From NCBI GenBank assembly GCA_002633005.1, contig NMRA01000405.1:22702-86701 (forward strand): a stretch of DNA of 64,000 nucleotides. The letters are read 5' to 3'. The notes beneath the pieces are model-generated. The model was not told the origin of the DNA. It did no database searches and saw only the letters and a list, made by a program, of their open reading frames with translations. This stretch comes from Phoronis australis. Taxonomy: Eukaryota > Animalia > Phoronida. The translations under genes were made by a program, and so were the position numbers. Positions 24,325 to 39,300 of the stretch are shown one piece after another. Position 1 is the stretch's first letter. Each line of letters starts with the position of its first letter.

Positions 24325-27300
24325 ATGTCTGAAGGAGAAAACGTCAAGGTTGCAGTTCGCGTGAGACCTTTCATATCCTTTTCCTCGAATTGATTATTTG
24401 ACGTCGTGTTTCCAGTTTACCTTTGCGGAACGGGCCTGATAAGTTTGGGGCAGATAGATGGAGGATTGACGCCAGACTGGTTTGGCATAGTGTGTGTGTA
24501 TTGGGGATCTAAAATACACAGACAACAGAAAGAGAACGGCAGCAGCATTTCTCAGAATGTGACAGAGTTCAGACAATCTGCGCTAAAAATGTCATCAGGG
24601 GGTTCTATGTACATGCAGCTAGCTATCCGTATACGTTGCCACAGTGTTGTGGCAAGTGATTTTGCGTAGGAAAATCAGCATTTAGATTATACAACTTTGA
24701 AGTTTCAGAATTCTCCTTGATTGAGGACATAACAGACGGACATTATGCGACAATTAAAGCACCATCTCATGGACGGCGCACCATAGGGGGCTGGGGGCTA
24801 TAGCCCCCACTTTTTTCAGTGCTACGCCGCACATGGTCTATATGCGATGCAACATAGGGGGACTGAGGGGGCTTTAGCCCCCCCATTTTTTTCAGTGCTG
24901 CGCCGCCCATGCATCTTATCTTATGGCACTTAATTGAGCTATCAGTCTGTCTCAACAGTGTCCAAGCTGCAAATGGCCGGGTTCTGAAGAGTCTTCTGCA
25001 TGTTTGGAACACATGTGCTTGCATGTTTTTGTTGTTAAAATTAGAGCTAAAATGAGGAAATATGCATTCCAATGATTTTTGCACCTTATAGTGTGCAAGT
25101 ATTGAATAGTTCATCTTTTAGTATGTGCCACAGCCAGTGATGCGTTCAACACGTAAGCAGATTTGGTGAATGTGAAAACCAATCTGATGCGCTGGTTTCT
25201 TTGATTTCACAAACATCAATTAACATTTATACCCACAGTTTTCTGTTATGAAAGTGGAAACAGCATCATCCCAATACTGAGCGTGGACTTCGTATAGGTT
25301 TGATACGGTTGCAAATCGACCATGGCTGGCATCATTGAAATGTTGTTTCTGTTTTGCGTTTCTTTTGGATATGCCGGTCTTAAAATATGTGAAATTAATT
25401 TATTCAGGTGCCAGATTTATATCTGAGTCTTCCAATTCTATCACAACAATATGTGTTCTGCTATCAGCATAATTGATTAGAATCACTTGATGGCTTTATG
25501 TACACTTTTAGTTTTAATAGTTTGCCTTTTCTCTCTGAGTGCATGCTAGCAAAAAGTTAAAAATGTAATTCATGGTACCGGGAGGCTTATAATTACAAAA
25601 GGTTAAAAAGCCTTTTATGCATCTCAGAAGCCACCGAAAAATCATTTAGATAAACTAACATTCAGTCCTTAAGTATGCAAATTTACAAGAAAGATTTATT
25701 GATTGATTGATTCTATTAAGCTAATATATTAAGAATGACAATATCGATAAGACTTGATCAGACGTACTGCATTAATTTTTCTCTGGTCGCCAAGCTATAA
25801 AACCAATGGCCCCCTAGTCATTCCAAGTCTCACCTTTTGCACCAATTTTCAAACTGCCCTCAGTCACCTGACAGCTCTCAAGGGTCCCCTGTGGCTACGA
25901 AACGGAGCCCCAACTTTCACTTCCACTGGCCGCCACAAGTTTTGAGGGGCTCGCATGTTGAAAAGACAAGACCCCTGTTTTGAGCAATCGCGAGGTCCTT
26001 TGCTGCAGCTTTTTAGCTTAATAGATTGCCCCACCTCCTGGTCGCCTCAATTTTAATACCCCTTATGGAGATGGGGAACCCCTTTTGCTCAGTTCCTCAA
26101 GCTGTAGCGTACTTAGCATAATATTGGACAAACTGAAAGTTTCATATGAATCCATGCAGTCATTTTTGAGATATGGATTTCCGAATTTGGCCAAAAGTGA
26201 AATTGTTCTAGGGTTCTAAGGCTTAAATTATGACTTAGTGGCGTGAATTGTTTTTCATGTGGTCCTACTACTTTCCCTTCAATCATTCCATTGTCTCTGT
26301 CCTTTCCTTAACCTTGCTTACAATGGTCGTGAGCGTGCGCGTAACGCCACACTCATTGTTGACATGAAAGGCCCCAGCACCATGCTGCATAACCCTGAAA
26401 ATATGGACGAAGAACCACGCAAGTTCGCCTTTGACTACAGTTACTGGTCCCATGATGGTTGCAGGGACAGGGGTGATGGATACTGGGAGGCAGATCCATC
26501 TCACCCTAATGGCAAGAAGTTCTGTTCTCAGGTGAGTTCATTAAAGACAGGTGTGAGCATATGTAGAATATTAAGTTTTATAAACGGTATGGAAATTTTA
26601 GGGATTGGGGTTAGTGCTCACCCTTTAATGGTGATAACTTTCTAGGGATTGAGCTAGAGTTCACTTTAATGGTGGTAACTTTCAACTTTTTGATATGTTA
26701 TCACTTTAAGTTTTCGTTTTTAAATATTGAACTTTTTTGCAGAAATTGTAACTGTTTCGTGTTAGTTGTGATCATTCCTTTTTTGTGTTGTTCTCTGCCA
26801 CCGTTTACATTATAATACAAAAATGAAACACGGTTCACTGGTAAAATTGATACTCAAGTTTGTAGCTACATCATTTTCTAAGAAAGAAATATGAACTAGT
26901 GGAATTTTTGGACATGAAGACTTAAAGGTCTCATTGTAGATACTTGTGCACCTACAGTAATTGTCTACTCATCTGGAGATGACGATTCAAACCCCTCCAT
27001 CCCTCAAACTCCACTTGTGAAAAGGAGTTCCAGGCTAATGAGTGATAAATGCTATTGTTGTTGTAGTTGTTGTTGTTGTTGTTGTTTACCTTTCTTGTTC
27101 TGTTTTAGCAAACTGTATATGACAACCTCGGCCAGGGTGTACTGACCAATGCCTGGGAAGGGTACAACACCACTCTGTTTGCTTATGGCCAGACTGGGTC
27201 TGGCAAGAGTTGGTCCATGGTCGGTTACGGCATCAATAAAGGTAGGCTCTAAGGGTCATCTTCAACGAGGGCTTATTTTAGGGTGTAGAGGTATTGTATT

Positions 27301-30300
27301 TCATAAGTCCACCCTTTGCTTATTCTTTTGTTCTGACATTCATCAACGATTGAGATAATGTCCAGGCTGGATGCTGAGATGTTCCCAAGATTATTTGATT
27401 TTTTAATTCTTTGTCATGCCACTTTTTCTTATCAAAAGTGATTCAATTTCTAAACAGGAACAAATTAAAGAGTCACCAGTGTCGAAAGGCTTAAAAGCAC
27501 TTGGCAAAAATTTCGTAGTCTTTAAATTGCGCGACTGATTCAGAAAAAAACAATTGGTAATGTTTGTGTTGAAGGAAGCTAAGTCATTCCACATAGGAAA
27601 ACATATTTTTACTAGCTTTGTTTTTACATTATCATAACCTAATTTTTAGGGTAACTTGCAAAGTTAGAGTTATGGTATTTATTTCTTTTGCTAGTGTCGT
27701 TTATTGTGCCGTATTGTTTACATTTGCTGTTATTGTATTTATCAGGAATTGTACCTCTGTTCACGGACAAAATGTTCAAAGACGTGGACGAGAAGAAGAC
27801 TGGTGGAGAGGTGGAGTGTGAAGTGATGTTTAGTATGTTGGAGATATACAATGAACAAGTGAGGGATTTGCTGAACCCAGTCAACAAGAAGGGTGGACTT
27901 AGGGTGCGACAGAGCCCAAAGTTGGGGTTTTACGGTACGTTTTAATTTAAAGGTGGGGAACGTTCTGCTGTGCTATTCTTTCTGTGTTGGCTAATGGATC
28001 AGAATTTGAAATTATTGAATTTGAAATTACCTGGTACTGTTGTTGTGGAGTTGTATTTTTATTTTGGTCAGAGACTGATTGAGATTTACCGCATGGCCAA
28101 GTTATACTCAGTTTTCTTACTACAGACTGCTAGCAATAAAAGTCACTCCTAAATAATTTCACGGTTTTGTTTAGAAGTGCAAAGAAATTGAGTCTATTAC
28201 ATGTATGTGGCCAGTTGTACGGTAAAATTTCACCAATTTCCGATGAAAATAATTGCCAAAATTGCACTTTTACGATTCTTCAAGGACTTCCAATATTGTT
28301 GTGAGTGCCCAGAAGTTATCACAATTTGATGTGATGGAAGATATCCAACAAAACTTGAACACTGTAATGAAAATAGGAGAAAATAAAAAATTCATCTGTC
28401 AGCCACACTGTGCCCTGCAAGGTATTACCACACTATTAAGTGGCTGAATTGCAACATAGATCATTTGCAATTAGGTACTAAATAAATCAACAGTAGCTCT
28501 ACTTATTTCCTAAACACACTAGGTGAGTTCAGCTTCCTGACATTACATAATAGTAACAATGCTGTAGAGTAATTAATGATGTCCACCGGTGACATCTGAT
28601 CTCTTCATGGTCCGCAGTGATTTAGATGCTACGTGAATTGATCACTTGATACACACAGGTCAGGGAAGGCTTCACCATGCTATTATACAGAACTATTATC
28701 CCAATTGCTGCCTTGCAGGTTTTTTCTCAATTAATTCTCCTTGATGACTAATTTTCTTTGTTGACTTGACACTGTTGCCTCTACTGGCCAGATATGAAAA
28801 TACTCCCCAAGGTGCCAAAATATAGCTCTGTGTCTGAGGAGTGGAAACGTTTACATTAAAATCTGTATCAGCTTAATTACTGATTGTAAAATGCTGAGAA
28901 ACTGGGATATTATGATAATTACTGTAATTATAATTATTATTATGGTTATTGTGCTGTTTCAAATTGCAGTGTTGTTGTACTTAACCATTGCAATTGTAAT
29001 TTTGTTCATTATAACCATGGTTACTTTTATGTATTATTATTGTAATTATTATTTGTTATTTATGTATTGATCAAAATCATTTCCAGCTGAGGGCCTGACT
29101 GAGGCTGCTGTTGGCAGTTACGCCGAGATTGAGGGTAAAATTGAAGAGGGTACCACCAACCGCACTGTGGCCGCTACCAACATGAACGCCACAAGCAGGT
29201 CAGTTAATGGACTGTGCTTTCTTGCAACTGTACACCCATTGCTGAACTTGAGCTTACACCCAGTTTAAGACTGGTTTGTGTAAATCTCCTTGCTGGTAAA
29301 GCCATCTCCCTTCCTGATACCAGTCGTATAGTTCCACTCTCAATTTTTTTTATGTGACAACTTTCCATGAGCTTGGACTAGACATACTGAATGTCCCTAG
29401 AGGCAGCATTAGTTACAAGTCTAAATCTTTACTTGGGCTGAAACAAGCCAGGTTGGACCTGAAATTTCCTGAATGTTTTTGGTAAAACCAAATACCTCTG
29501 CAGGTCACAGTTAGTGCCCTATTTTTACAACATTACAAAAATAGTGTTTTAGATTACAGTCACCCAAGGCTTTTCTCATTTATGCACAGTCCATAGCTGT
29601 TGAGAGGGGTGCTCTTGTCATAGATTCGTATTAGGGGCCATTTTCACCAACAGTTAGGTCATTTCCTCACCATTCAAATTACTTCCAAGTGAGAATTGAT
29701 GTCAAAACACGTTCACTCTTCCCGTAATTAAATTGATTAATGCGATGATAAACAAGTTTATAGGCCGTTTACACCTGCACTGGTGTGTCCTTTGAAGTAA
29801 ATGGTCGTGCTATAAAAATGCCAGCTAGCAAAGCGCCAACACTTGTAACATTCGCATTACTGGCGTTTTTGCAACTAGCAAAAGGGCTTGTAAAAACGAT
29901 AACATTTTAGCTTTTTTGAGAATGGGTACGAGTAACTTGACATTAGAGTGGGTTTTTGCCTAGACATGCAAGTTAACGTTTTACTCTTTCCCCTCTTTTT
30001 AAAAGTCATTTTTGCATGAAGTGCTATCAAAAATAGGACCAAAACACATTCAAGTGTTTTTGACACTGAAAAACTGCAAACATTTCCGCCACAGAGGTGA
30101 ACCTGATATATGGTCAAATAGTTCCCATGCTCGTAGTGTGTTGTAAATACTTTACTCATGTGTAACAGATTACTTTGAGTCAAACTCACTCTGTCCATTT
30201 TAAATATCTCACATTTAGTCTCTTCATTGGACTCCAAACGATTTCAAATCTACATGACTTATAAGCTGCATTTACAAATTACACCCCACTCACCCAGATT

Positions 30301-33300
30301 GCTTGCAGATTGTGCATTTTTGTGCTTCCAATGCAATAAACCTAATATGGTGGAAATAATGGCAGGCACACTACTTTCTGACAAAGATTTACACGTTCAA
30401 TTAACATGGGAATTTCTCTATGAACATGCTTGACTGGCTGCTTGGCTAGGGTGAGGCACCTCACCTCGACTTAAGTCTTGGTGTAGCTTATATGGGAAGG
30501 TCTGTAAACTCTTTTCTCATGGCATGAGATGTCAATCTAACCCATTAATGGGTTTTTGTTAACATATTGGTGCAAACTTTCATTGTTCATCTAGACCCTC
30601 ATGCTAACTACCTACCACGACGATTAACTAATAATCCAATTGCATGGTTTTTGGCTAATTAATCGCGTTTCTTCAACGAAATGATCCTATCCTAACCTAA
30701 CTTTTCATGGGGAATTCAAACAGTTAAAAAGTCACTAGTTATGGTGCACAATATTGCAACTTCAGCCAGTTTGCAGCTAAGTCATCGCAGATGTAATAAT
30801 TGTTGTCTTCTATGCAAAAGGGACTTAGATCATTGCTCGTGTTCAGAAGAACTGCTGGTAACAGCAGTTCTTGTAGAAAGTTATTGACTAAGTACATGGC
30901 CAAGTTTCTGATTGTGGGGAGCATTCTGTAAATTTTCTACTCATGTTTACCAATTACTTTCAGCCGAGCTCACACTGTTGTCGGAATCACACTGATTCAG
31001 AAGTTTCAGAATGCTGCTGGCGAGGATACGACCAAAACAGCTGTGGTCAACCTGGTGGACTTGGCTGGCAGGTCAGTCTTGTGACCCAGGAGGTCTGGGT
31101 TCACTATAAACCCCTTATTCTTTTTCTTGTGCCACAAGTTTTTATTTATTTATAAATGAGGTCTTTTCCAGTGAGGAGGTACGGTATGGCGAAGAAAATT
31201 GTACCCAATTAAGCCTTTGCAATTTTTGTGACCAAGCTATATAATGTTGCCTAGCAGCTGATTAAAAAGTCTGTCAAACTTTCAGACTGAATAACAATGA
31301 TAAAACCATGCAAATAGCAAAACTAAACAGTTGCATTACACGTGGAGACAAATTATATGGCCTGTACCTGAAAGGTTATTTATTGAGCTCCAAACAGAGT
31401 ATTGTACTGAATAATGGGGATACTTAACTTAAAATATTTAAACCATAATTTGTCCTGAAGTTACTAGAGTCATAAAATGTGACCCTTGCCTTTTTGGTAT
31501 CACACAGTCTGACTTACAAATTATAACTAAATTTTAGGCTTGAGGTTTATAATATACCAATGTATCATGTGCTTAGAATGTGTAATATGTGAATTGTATG
31601 TATGCTTGTTATTATGTATTTGTATATGCATTGCTACAGTGAACGTGCCGAGAGTACTGGAGCTACTGGTGATCGGCTGAAAGAGGGCGCTGCTATCAAC
31701 AAGTCTTTGTCGTCTCTTGGTAACGTGATTGCTGCTCTTGCAGACCGTAGCTCAGGAAAAGATGTCCGAGGTGAGAACTTTTGGTTGACTTATGTTAAGA
31801 ATGATTCCATATAAAAACCATATGAAAATGAAAAATCACTACATACTCAAAAATTCGTACAGAACTAATACTTTGTGCATGTGTTGGGATGCTGGCCCAA
31901 AGTACACTGCTGCAATATTTGCACTCAATGACCTTTGGTTACCGAGATATGACCTATTTGGCAATAAAGTCATATTTTGCATTTTTTCATGTCAGTAAAA
32001 CTGCATTTTTTGAACGGCAAAAAATCAGACTTCGAAAACTGGTGACAAAGTTTGACACTGATTGTCATAAAGATTCATGTAAGGTTAGTAAGAAAATGAA
32101 ATTTGCAACTCATAGGTACAATTAAATTTCCAGCAGGGGAGAAAACTCCGAGACCACTTTTCAGGCCAGTCACAAGTGGCNATGAAAAAATGAACAAGGT
32201 CAATTTGGCAATTGTTCTTGTCCAAAATTGGTGAGATTTTGCTGCCAGTAGTTGTTCTAAAATGCGGATGCGCTCTATTTCTGACTACCTAGAGAAGTAT
32301 GCGTTTCGAAACTATAATGCAGAGAAGTATCCTGAACACACCGACTGCAATTGATATGAAAACATTAATTTATTACGTAACTTCATGGAAGTAGCAACAA
32401 ACCCACCTTCCGTCACAAACACAGTTTTTTAATTAGATCACTTACCGTTACAAAGTTGGTCTCGGATTGTTCCCTAGTCAAAATAAGTGTGATTTATGAG
32501 CTTGGAAAGAGCTGACAGTTCACCGTTGCTTCATACCAAGCTCTGGCGTGTTATTTCATTCACTGGGCACAGTCTCAAGGAATAACGAAGTATCAATTCT
32601 TTGAATAACGAAGTATCAACAATCACTGTCACCTCAGTAAGGAATGTGTCAAAATAAATTTTTAGTGGCAGAAGATTATAACCAAATATTTAGGTTCTTT
32701 GATGGAAAATGAATTTATTGATAACACTAAAAATTTAGTTACTGAAAAGATTTCTGTTCCAGTTGAGACTTGTTCTAATATGTAAATGTTATGAAAGAAC
32801 AGTGTTTTTAGGTTTGATAATTGGGATAGAAAGAACGCACCCTGTATAGTAAAGTACAATGCTTGATCAAAATTTGTTTTTCAGTTCCCTACCGTGACTC
32901 TGTTCTGACCAAACTGCTGAAGAATGCTCTGGGTGGTAACAGCAAGACTATTATGGTACATGATTCTGTATTTCAACTAGTGCCTAATTTTGTGGTAGTA
33001 ATTTCAACTGTAGTACGCCTTGTTTTGATTGAAAAAAATAATAATTAATTTCCCAAATTTTTTATGAAGTAAGGAATATATCCAGATTTGAAAGTCTTAA
33101 GTTACAAATTTTTTCTAAATCTGTTACTTTATTTAAGGATTTCTGCAAAATATTTATAGTATTTTGCTGGAGGCGGTAAAGTTTTAATCACTTTTTGCAC
33201 TCCAAGTCATCTGTATATTCTTCACTGTTACAAACTCCAGCTTGGAATAAACATTAATAAAACAACATTTTTATCCTTTTTCAGATTGCTGCTGTAAGCC

Positions 33301-36300
33301 CTGCTGACATAAATTATGATGAGTCCTTGTCAACTCTCAGATATGGTGAGTTTAATAAATTATTGTCTATTTTATATTTACTACTAAATAATATTGCTGA
33401 AAAATTTCTGTTGAATTGGTATCTCAGCTGAAAAAAGTCAAATAGTTAATGCACATACCATGTATAACGTAATATCAAACAGAAAGCTTGAATGAAAGTT
33501 TGATTTAGTCAAGTCTTTTGCAAAACTGATTTTTAACATGCATTTTGACATTGATTCATTTTCCTATAGTTTCATCATTCTTGTTTACATATTAATTTGT
33601 GTCACTTTTTCTCTTTAACAACAGCATACCTATGTTCGATTAAAAATTATACATATGCCATTACGTCTTTGAACAACTGCCAGACAACTTTTGCTTACAA
33701 TCAAGCAGAGGTAGGCTGATGTTCTGAGTTCAGAAGAACCAGTTGTCTGTTGAATCCTTGGTATTTAATTTAATGCTCCAGCTATATTACTATTGCTTTA
33801 AGATATCATTTCCGTGTAACACACCCCACATTTAAGGACCATCTGGGTAGTAAAATTCCTTTAATGCATTCATTAAATGGCTTCAGACAGAGCTAATAAC
33901 CCCAGATAGTAGCATGCAATGTCCAGAACACAATAGCCCAGTTGGCACAGCCGGCTCTAACAAAAGGTTAGCTGTGAATAGATCGTCTCAACTTCCATGG
34001 CTAGCCTGTTCACTGCATTCAATCCTGACACCTGTTGTTCTGTGATGCTACTAAAATATTAAGGGAATATCTGCCAACTGAGAGGCAAATTGGGAAAGCT
34101 GTATCTAAGGCTGCTTAACTAAGAGTCTCTCTTATGCAGCTGACAGAGCCAAGCAAATCAAAACAGTTGCCAAAGTCAACGAGGATCCGACTGAGAAGTT
34201 GATCCGTGAGTTGTCTGAAGAGAATGAGAGATTGAAGAAGTTGTTGGAGAGTGGCGGCATAGAGCTGCCCAAAGGAAGTGGTGAGAACGGCATTGAGGAA
34301 ACTGAAGGAATGAGTGAGGATGGTAAGTGTTCAGATTAGAACTACTTGTAGAAGTATCTAAGGAGGGACTTCTGCGTGCAAGGATGAAAGATGGGTTACT
34401 TGTATAGGAAGGGAAATAGAAAGATTAGAGGATAACCTAAGAGGACGAGGCTGGAATATGGTAGAATTTACTGTAGGGAAAGAAGTTGGATGGATGAACA
34501 GAGGAGGGTGATTAAGAAGTGGTAAGATGGAACTTCCCTTGGTATGCAGAGCAAAGGAGACTGAAAGGATGACTTAGGTGGGGAGGATAAGTGATGAGGG
34601 TGGAAGTACTCAAGGAAAAAGAAATCATGGGATGGAGGGAGCGGGTTGGACAACTTTGGATGGTGAATGTGGGATGTGGAATTTTAAGCATTTTAGGGGA
34701 AACGAAAGGATGGAAAAAGTGACTGAGAGGAAAACTGAGATGAGAGGGAGTGGTGGGGGCAGTAGTCCTCAAAGGAAGGGAAACACATGGGATAAAGGGG
34801 ATAGATTCGACATTTTGGAATGTTGAGTTTGGGAAATGGAAATTGGAATGACAAATGGCGGATAAAGCGAACTGAGGGGGAGGAGAATGTAGTGGTGGGG
34901 GTAGAATTACCCAAGGGTAGGGAGGCATAGGATAAAAGGACATGAGGAAATGTGTACAGAGAGGGAATATTGGATGGTGAATAAGAAAGGGGTACAATGT
35001 GCTTGCTTGTGGGCTTCTTTACCCATACAAACATCAAAGCATTTTGGGTTTCTTGGACTGTTTAAACAGGATAGACTTGATGTACCACTTTTTCTTGATG
35101 TTCCATCATATAAACTTTTGTTTTTATGAAGAGTGAAATGTTGCTGTAATCTGCAGAACTTTAAATCTCAGTCCCACCAGGTCTTCTTTAGGGGTAGAAA
35201 AACAGTTATCTCCAATGATTCTACTGACAGTGAATGTGCCCGGGAATTTTCAATAAAGACAAGTATTAAATTGCTCCTGTTCTTCAACAGAGAAAGCAGC
35301 ATTAAAGAAAGAGTTAGAGGATGACTACAAAGCAGAACTTGAGGAGAATGCCAGACGTATGGAAGAGATGCAGAAGACATTTGAGGAGAAACTTAAGAAA
35401 GCTCAGGAAGGTGGTCAGGTAACGTATCCAGTGAATCGGTGTCAAACTATGTACCTATTGTAGACATTCAACTGGTAGATCACAATGTATGTTATTGATG
35501 GAAAATGTACCTTAACATTACAGGATTATTTTAAAATTAACCCTAGCATAGTTTTCGTTACCTTGTCGGACTTACTAAACATGAAAGCATGGAAGTTTTG
35601 AGACATCCACTTGAGGTATCAAAATATAGAAAAAACTTAAGTCGAATACTGGAATGTCACTAATTCAAGTAAGCAAATTCCAGTATTCTACTGCATCTCA
35701 TTCCCCAACCTTTAACATAGAAAGTTTCTCACCTGTTGGGATTTGAACGGGCAGTTACTACTTTACAGCTGCTAGAATTTTATAACTGGCTTTTAGGTAC
35801 AGCGATAGCTCTGCCTACAGTTAAACGATATATTCTTATATATATTTTTTGGATCAGTTTGTTTGTTTTCAGTATATAACCACCATCATCTTAATTTCAG
35901 GGTACTGCAATCAATGAAGTGGCCGAGAAAAAGAAGACCACGCCTCACCTGTCTAATTTGAATTTTGACGCCCAGTTGTCTGATAAAATCATCTACTTCT
36001 TAGACTCTCCTCAAAAGAAAGTTGGAAATCAACATGGGGAGGCATCAGATATCACAATCATTGGCAAGAAGTGAGTTATTCACTACATGACTTTGGTGGC
36101 AATATTGATGACTAGCAGATTCAGGGCCCTCAATGCCTCTGGGACTGAATATTGGCTCCATTCTCTCTGAAAAATATTTTAATATCGTATGAAATTAATC
36201 CCTTACTGGACTCAAAATTCCCCTCCAATGATTAAAAAATTCTATGAAGTTTAGAATCACTTGATCTCTCAGCGTCCTTCAAATTGGTGGTGTCTGGTGG

Positions 36301-39300
36301 AGGGGGGGGGTTTCCCCTCTCTCAAAAATTTCCCTGTCAGAAGGCTGGGCACAGGCACCTTCCCTCAGGTGAGTGAAGACCCAGTGATTGTTTCCATTGG
36401 TCAGTGCCTCTAGTGACTGGCCATTAACAAGTTACACCTTGAAGAGGACTAGCATAGAACAAAGTTCTTAACTTGTTATCTCAGAATACATAGTGTTGGT
36501 AATATGAAAGATTGACTGCTGTAGATAATACAGTCAAGACAATTCTGTTTTGTTGGTATGCTTCCGTACTATTTTAAAGCTGCTTTCTGCCATATTTTGA
36601 TGACTAAAGAATGGAAATTGAATTAGACTGCTTACTCTCATAAAATTGGTCTCATATCATTCCTTACTGTGATTGAATTTTTCCATAATTAACAAAAACA
36701 TCAAAACCATCAGGGACTCGGGGAAAATTCTTCAAAGTCTATTAGGCTGGGCAAACCCTAAAATTGTGGATTCAAAAATGGCACACGTACGCATTGCCTG
36801 TGACTTAGATTGCTGGCTCTTTCAACAATAAGTCAAGACCGAGTGAGCATGGTAGTATTTCAAACCCTTCAGTTGAGAGTTCAACATTAACAGCTAAATT
36901 GGGGTGCAAAATGCTGCTTTAACTAGAGTCCACTTGTTTGCAGGATGCTTGAGAAGCATGCGATTATAACGGAAGTCAATGGCAAGTTCTGGATTGAGAA
37001 GGATGACACAGATGCTCGTATCCTTGTCAATGGTATACTTGTCACAGACAAAGAAGACTTGGACCACAATGATAGGTAGGCAGTGGCGATGTGAGAGATG
37101 GTTAAAAATGCCCAGGCTCAACTTTGATTAGGTATAACACAAATTATATTTGTTCTTTGAAACAGAATCCAGCTGTGTTCAAGACAAGGCTTTCAATGAC
37201 TTCTCTTAGTAAAGTGTGGTACCTTTGAGTTTTTTTGGTCCACTATGCTTGTTTGGCAATTGAGACTTGTGGGGTCCTATAGTTTTAGAACCAGTTTGAT
37301 GTATGTTATACAATGGAGGAAACTGGCTCTCAAAATACTGTAACTACTGCCAACTTTTTCATAAAAAAATATTTCATGTGTTGTCAAACTATATTTCAGA
37401 ATCATGTTTGGTGCCAATCAGCTGTATGTATTTGTGCACCCTAAAGAGAGAGATGCCAGAAATGAGCCTTGGCCTGAGGTGACGTTTGAGTCGGCTCAAG
37501 AAGAAATAGCCTCCCAGTCAGGTTTTGATATGAATACTGCCAACAAATCAAGAGGTTTGTTTTGCATTACTGGAGAAAGACAGTATAGTTGAAATATGGG
37601 TCTCCTGTTGTAGAAATTGCTTCCTGTGGCATGCTATATGCCATTGTTATTAGGCATTGTTCCAATGATGTGCCGATTTATTTTTCTGTTGATGATAATA
37701 TTAAAGTGACCAGGACACACTATTCATGCCTTCTAGTGTAAGATATTAAAGACCATGAACTGAACACGTGAGTGAGGTGCAAGTATTGGGTGACCCAAAA
37801 ACCAGAAACTGTAATTTAATTAATCCTACGCAAATCTTGTTTCTTTAAAATTTGGAAAACTTCAACATCAATCTACGGATGATTTTTGCAAATCTGTTTT
37901 TTTAATTTGGAAAACTTCAATGTCATCTGTGGACAATTTTTTGCAAAGAACGTAAGTGTATTGAGTATTTCTGTCCTTTTCAAAAGAATCATAATTTTAT
38001 ACAAATGTTTTGTGGCTCACGCTGCTGAAACTGTAACAGTTGATTAAACCCCTCTAATACTGTGCTTTTATTTAATAACTATTCAGTCAGTGCTCCTTGT
38101 TGTATATTATAGATGACATGCTACTTCAAGAGGACTTGATGGAGATGTTACCAGCTGTTGAGGAAGCAAATGCCATCAGTCAGGAGTTGGACAAGAAGAT
38201 GAAGTTTGAAGTGGTGATTGCCTCCCCTGAAGCTAGGGGAGAGTTGAAAGGTCGCACAGAGGTATGAGCTCTTGTGATGTTTGAACTAGTGATACTTTTT
38301 AGAGGATGTTGCTTTTTTAATATAGGTAAATAAAACAACAAAAATGGATCACTGAAATTTTCGGATGTAATAACATCCTTCGTCAACAGAAAGAGAAATA
38401 AAGTAAAATCAAACACTATGTGACAATTGACATCTGATATTTTTTGCGTAATGAGCATGATACATTGTTGTGGAAAAAATAAAGGATATAATTTAAGTAT
38501 AATGTCAATTGTCACATCATGTTTTATTTTACTTTATTTCTCTTTCTGTTGACTAAGGATGTTATTATATCCAAAATTTCAGTGATCCATTTTTGTTATT
38601 TTATTTACATATATTTATTCTACTTTTCGACAAACAAGTGTATCCTTTAGAGGATCTGGATCGCCTCTTTTAGTTTCGAATTTATTTTCTATGTTGCTTT
38701 TGTAAAAGACACATGTGCAACACAGAGTAATATTTATAGAGTGTAATGATTAGGTTGTGTGTGAATATGTGTGTGTTTACATAAGATAGTTTTGTTAATG
38801 CAGACTTAATCTTATAAGAGGCTATAAACATGGCTTTCCATCACAAAAAAAAATTTATACCAGTTATGAAATTGCTCTCAAAGTTTTCCTGTAGGGATGA
38901 TTTCAGGACTTTGAAAAAAGATGACATTTTGTTATTGCTTGGGATCAACCAGCTATGCTCTACAAGCTGCCTTGTTATTTAATGTGTCGAGCACATTCTC
39001 AATGAATAATAAACTGTCACTTCTTAGCAAATCCAGAAAGCACTTCTCATAGATCTGAGAACAAGTTTATTGCTGCTTAAATAAGCCATTTCCACCAAAA
39101 TTAATTTTTGTTCATATTTTAAGAATGGTCGATATAATTGTTTTAAAATGAGCAATGTGTCTAATGACATGCACTGGCCGTGCATGTGGGCCCATTGCAC
39201 TGATAACCTGGAACCATTTTTGTGTTTTATTAATATATTTGTTAAAACCTAGCTGAGGAGCTAGAAACCTGACTCAAGGGTATAGCAGTGTGGCCCAGCG

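Noticed and set aside
24361-24366. GTGAGA as a conventional donor for kinesin exon 1
   Set aside because: It would delete the conserved VRPF motif, whereas the AT-AC sites match the U12 consensus and restore the frame.
34468-35037. Pro/Phe/Ser/His-rich minus-strand ORFs
   Set aside because: They are a by-product of the purine-skewed intronic tract.
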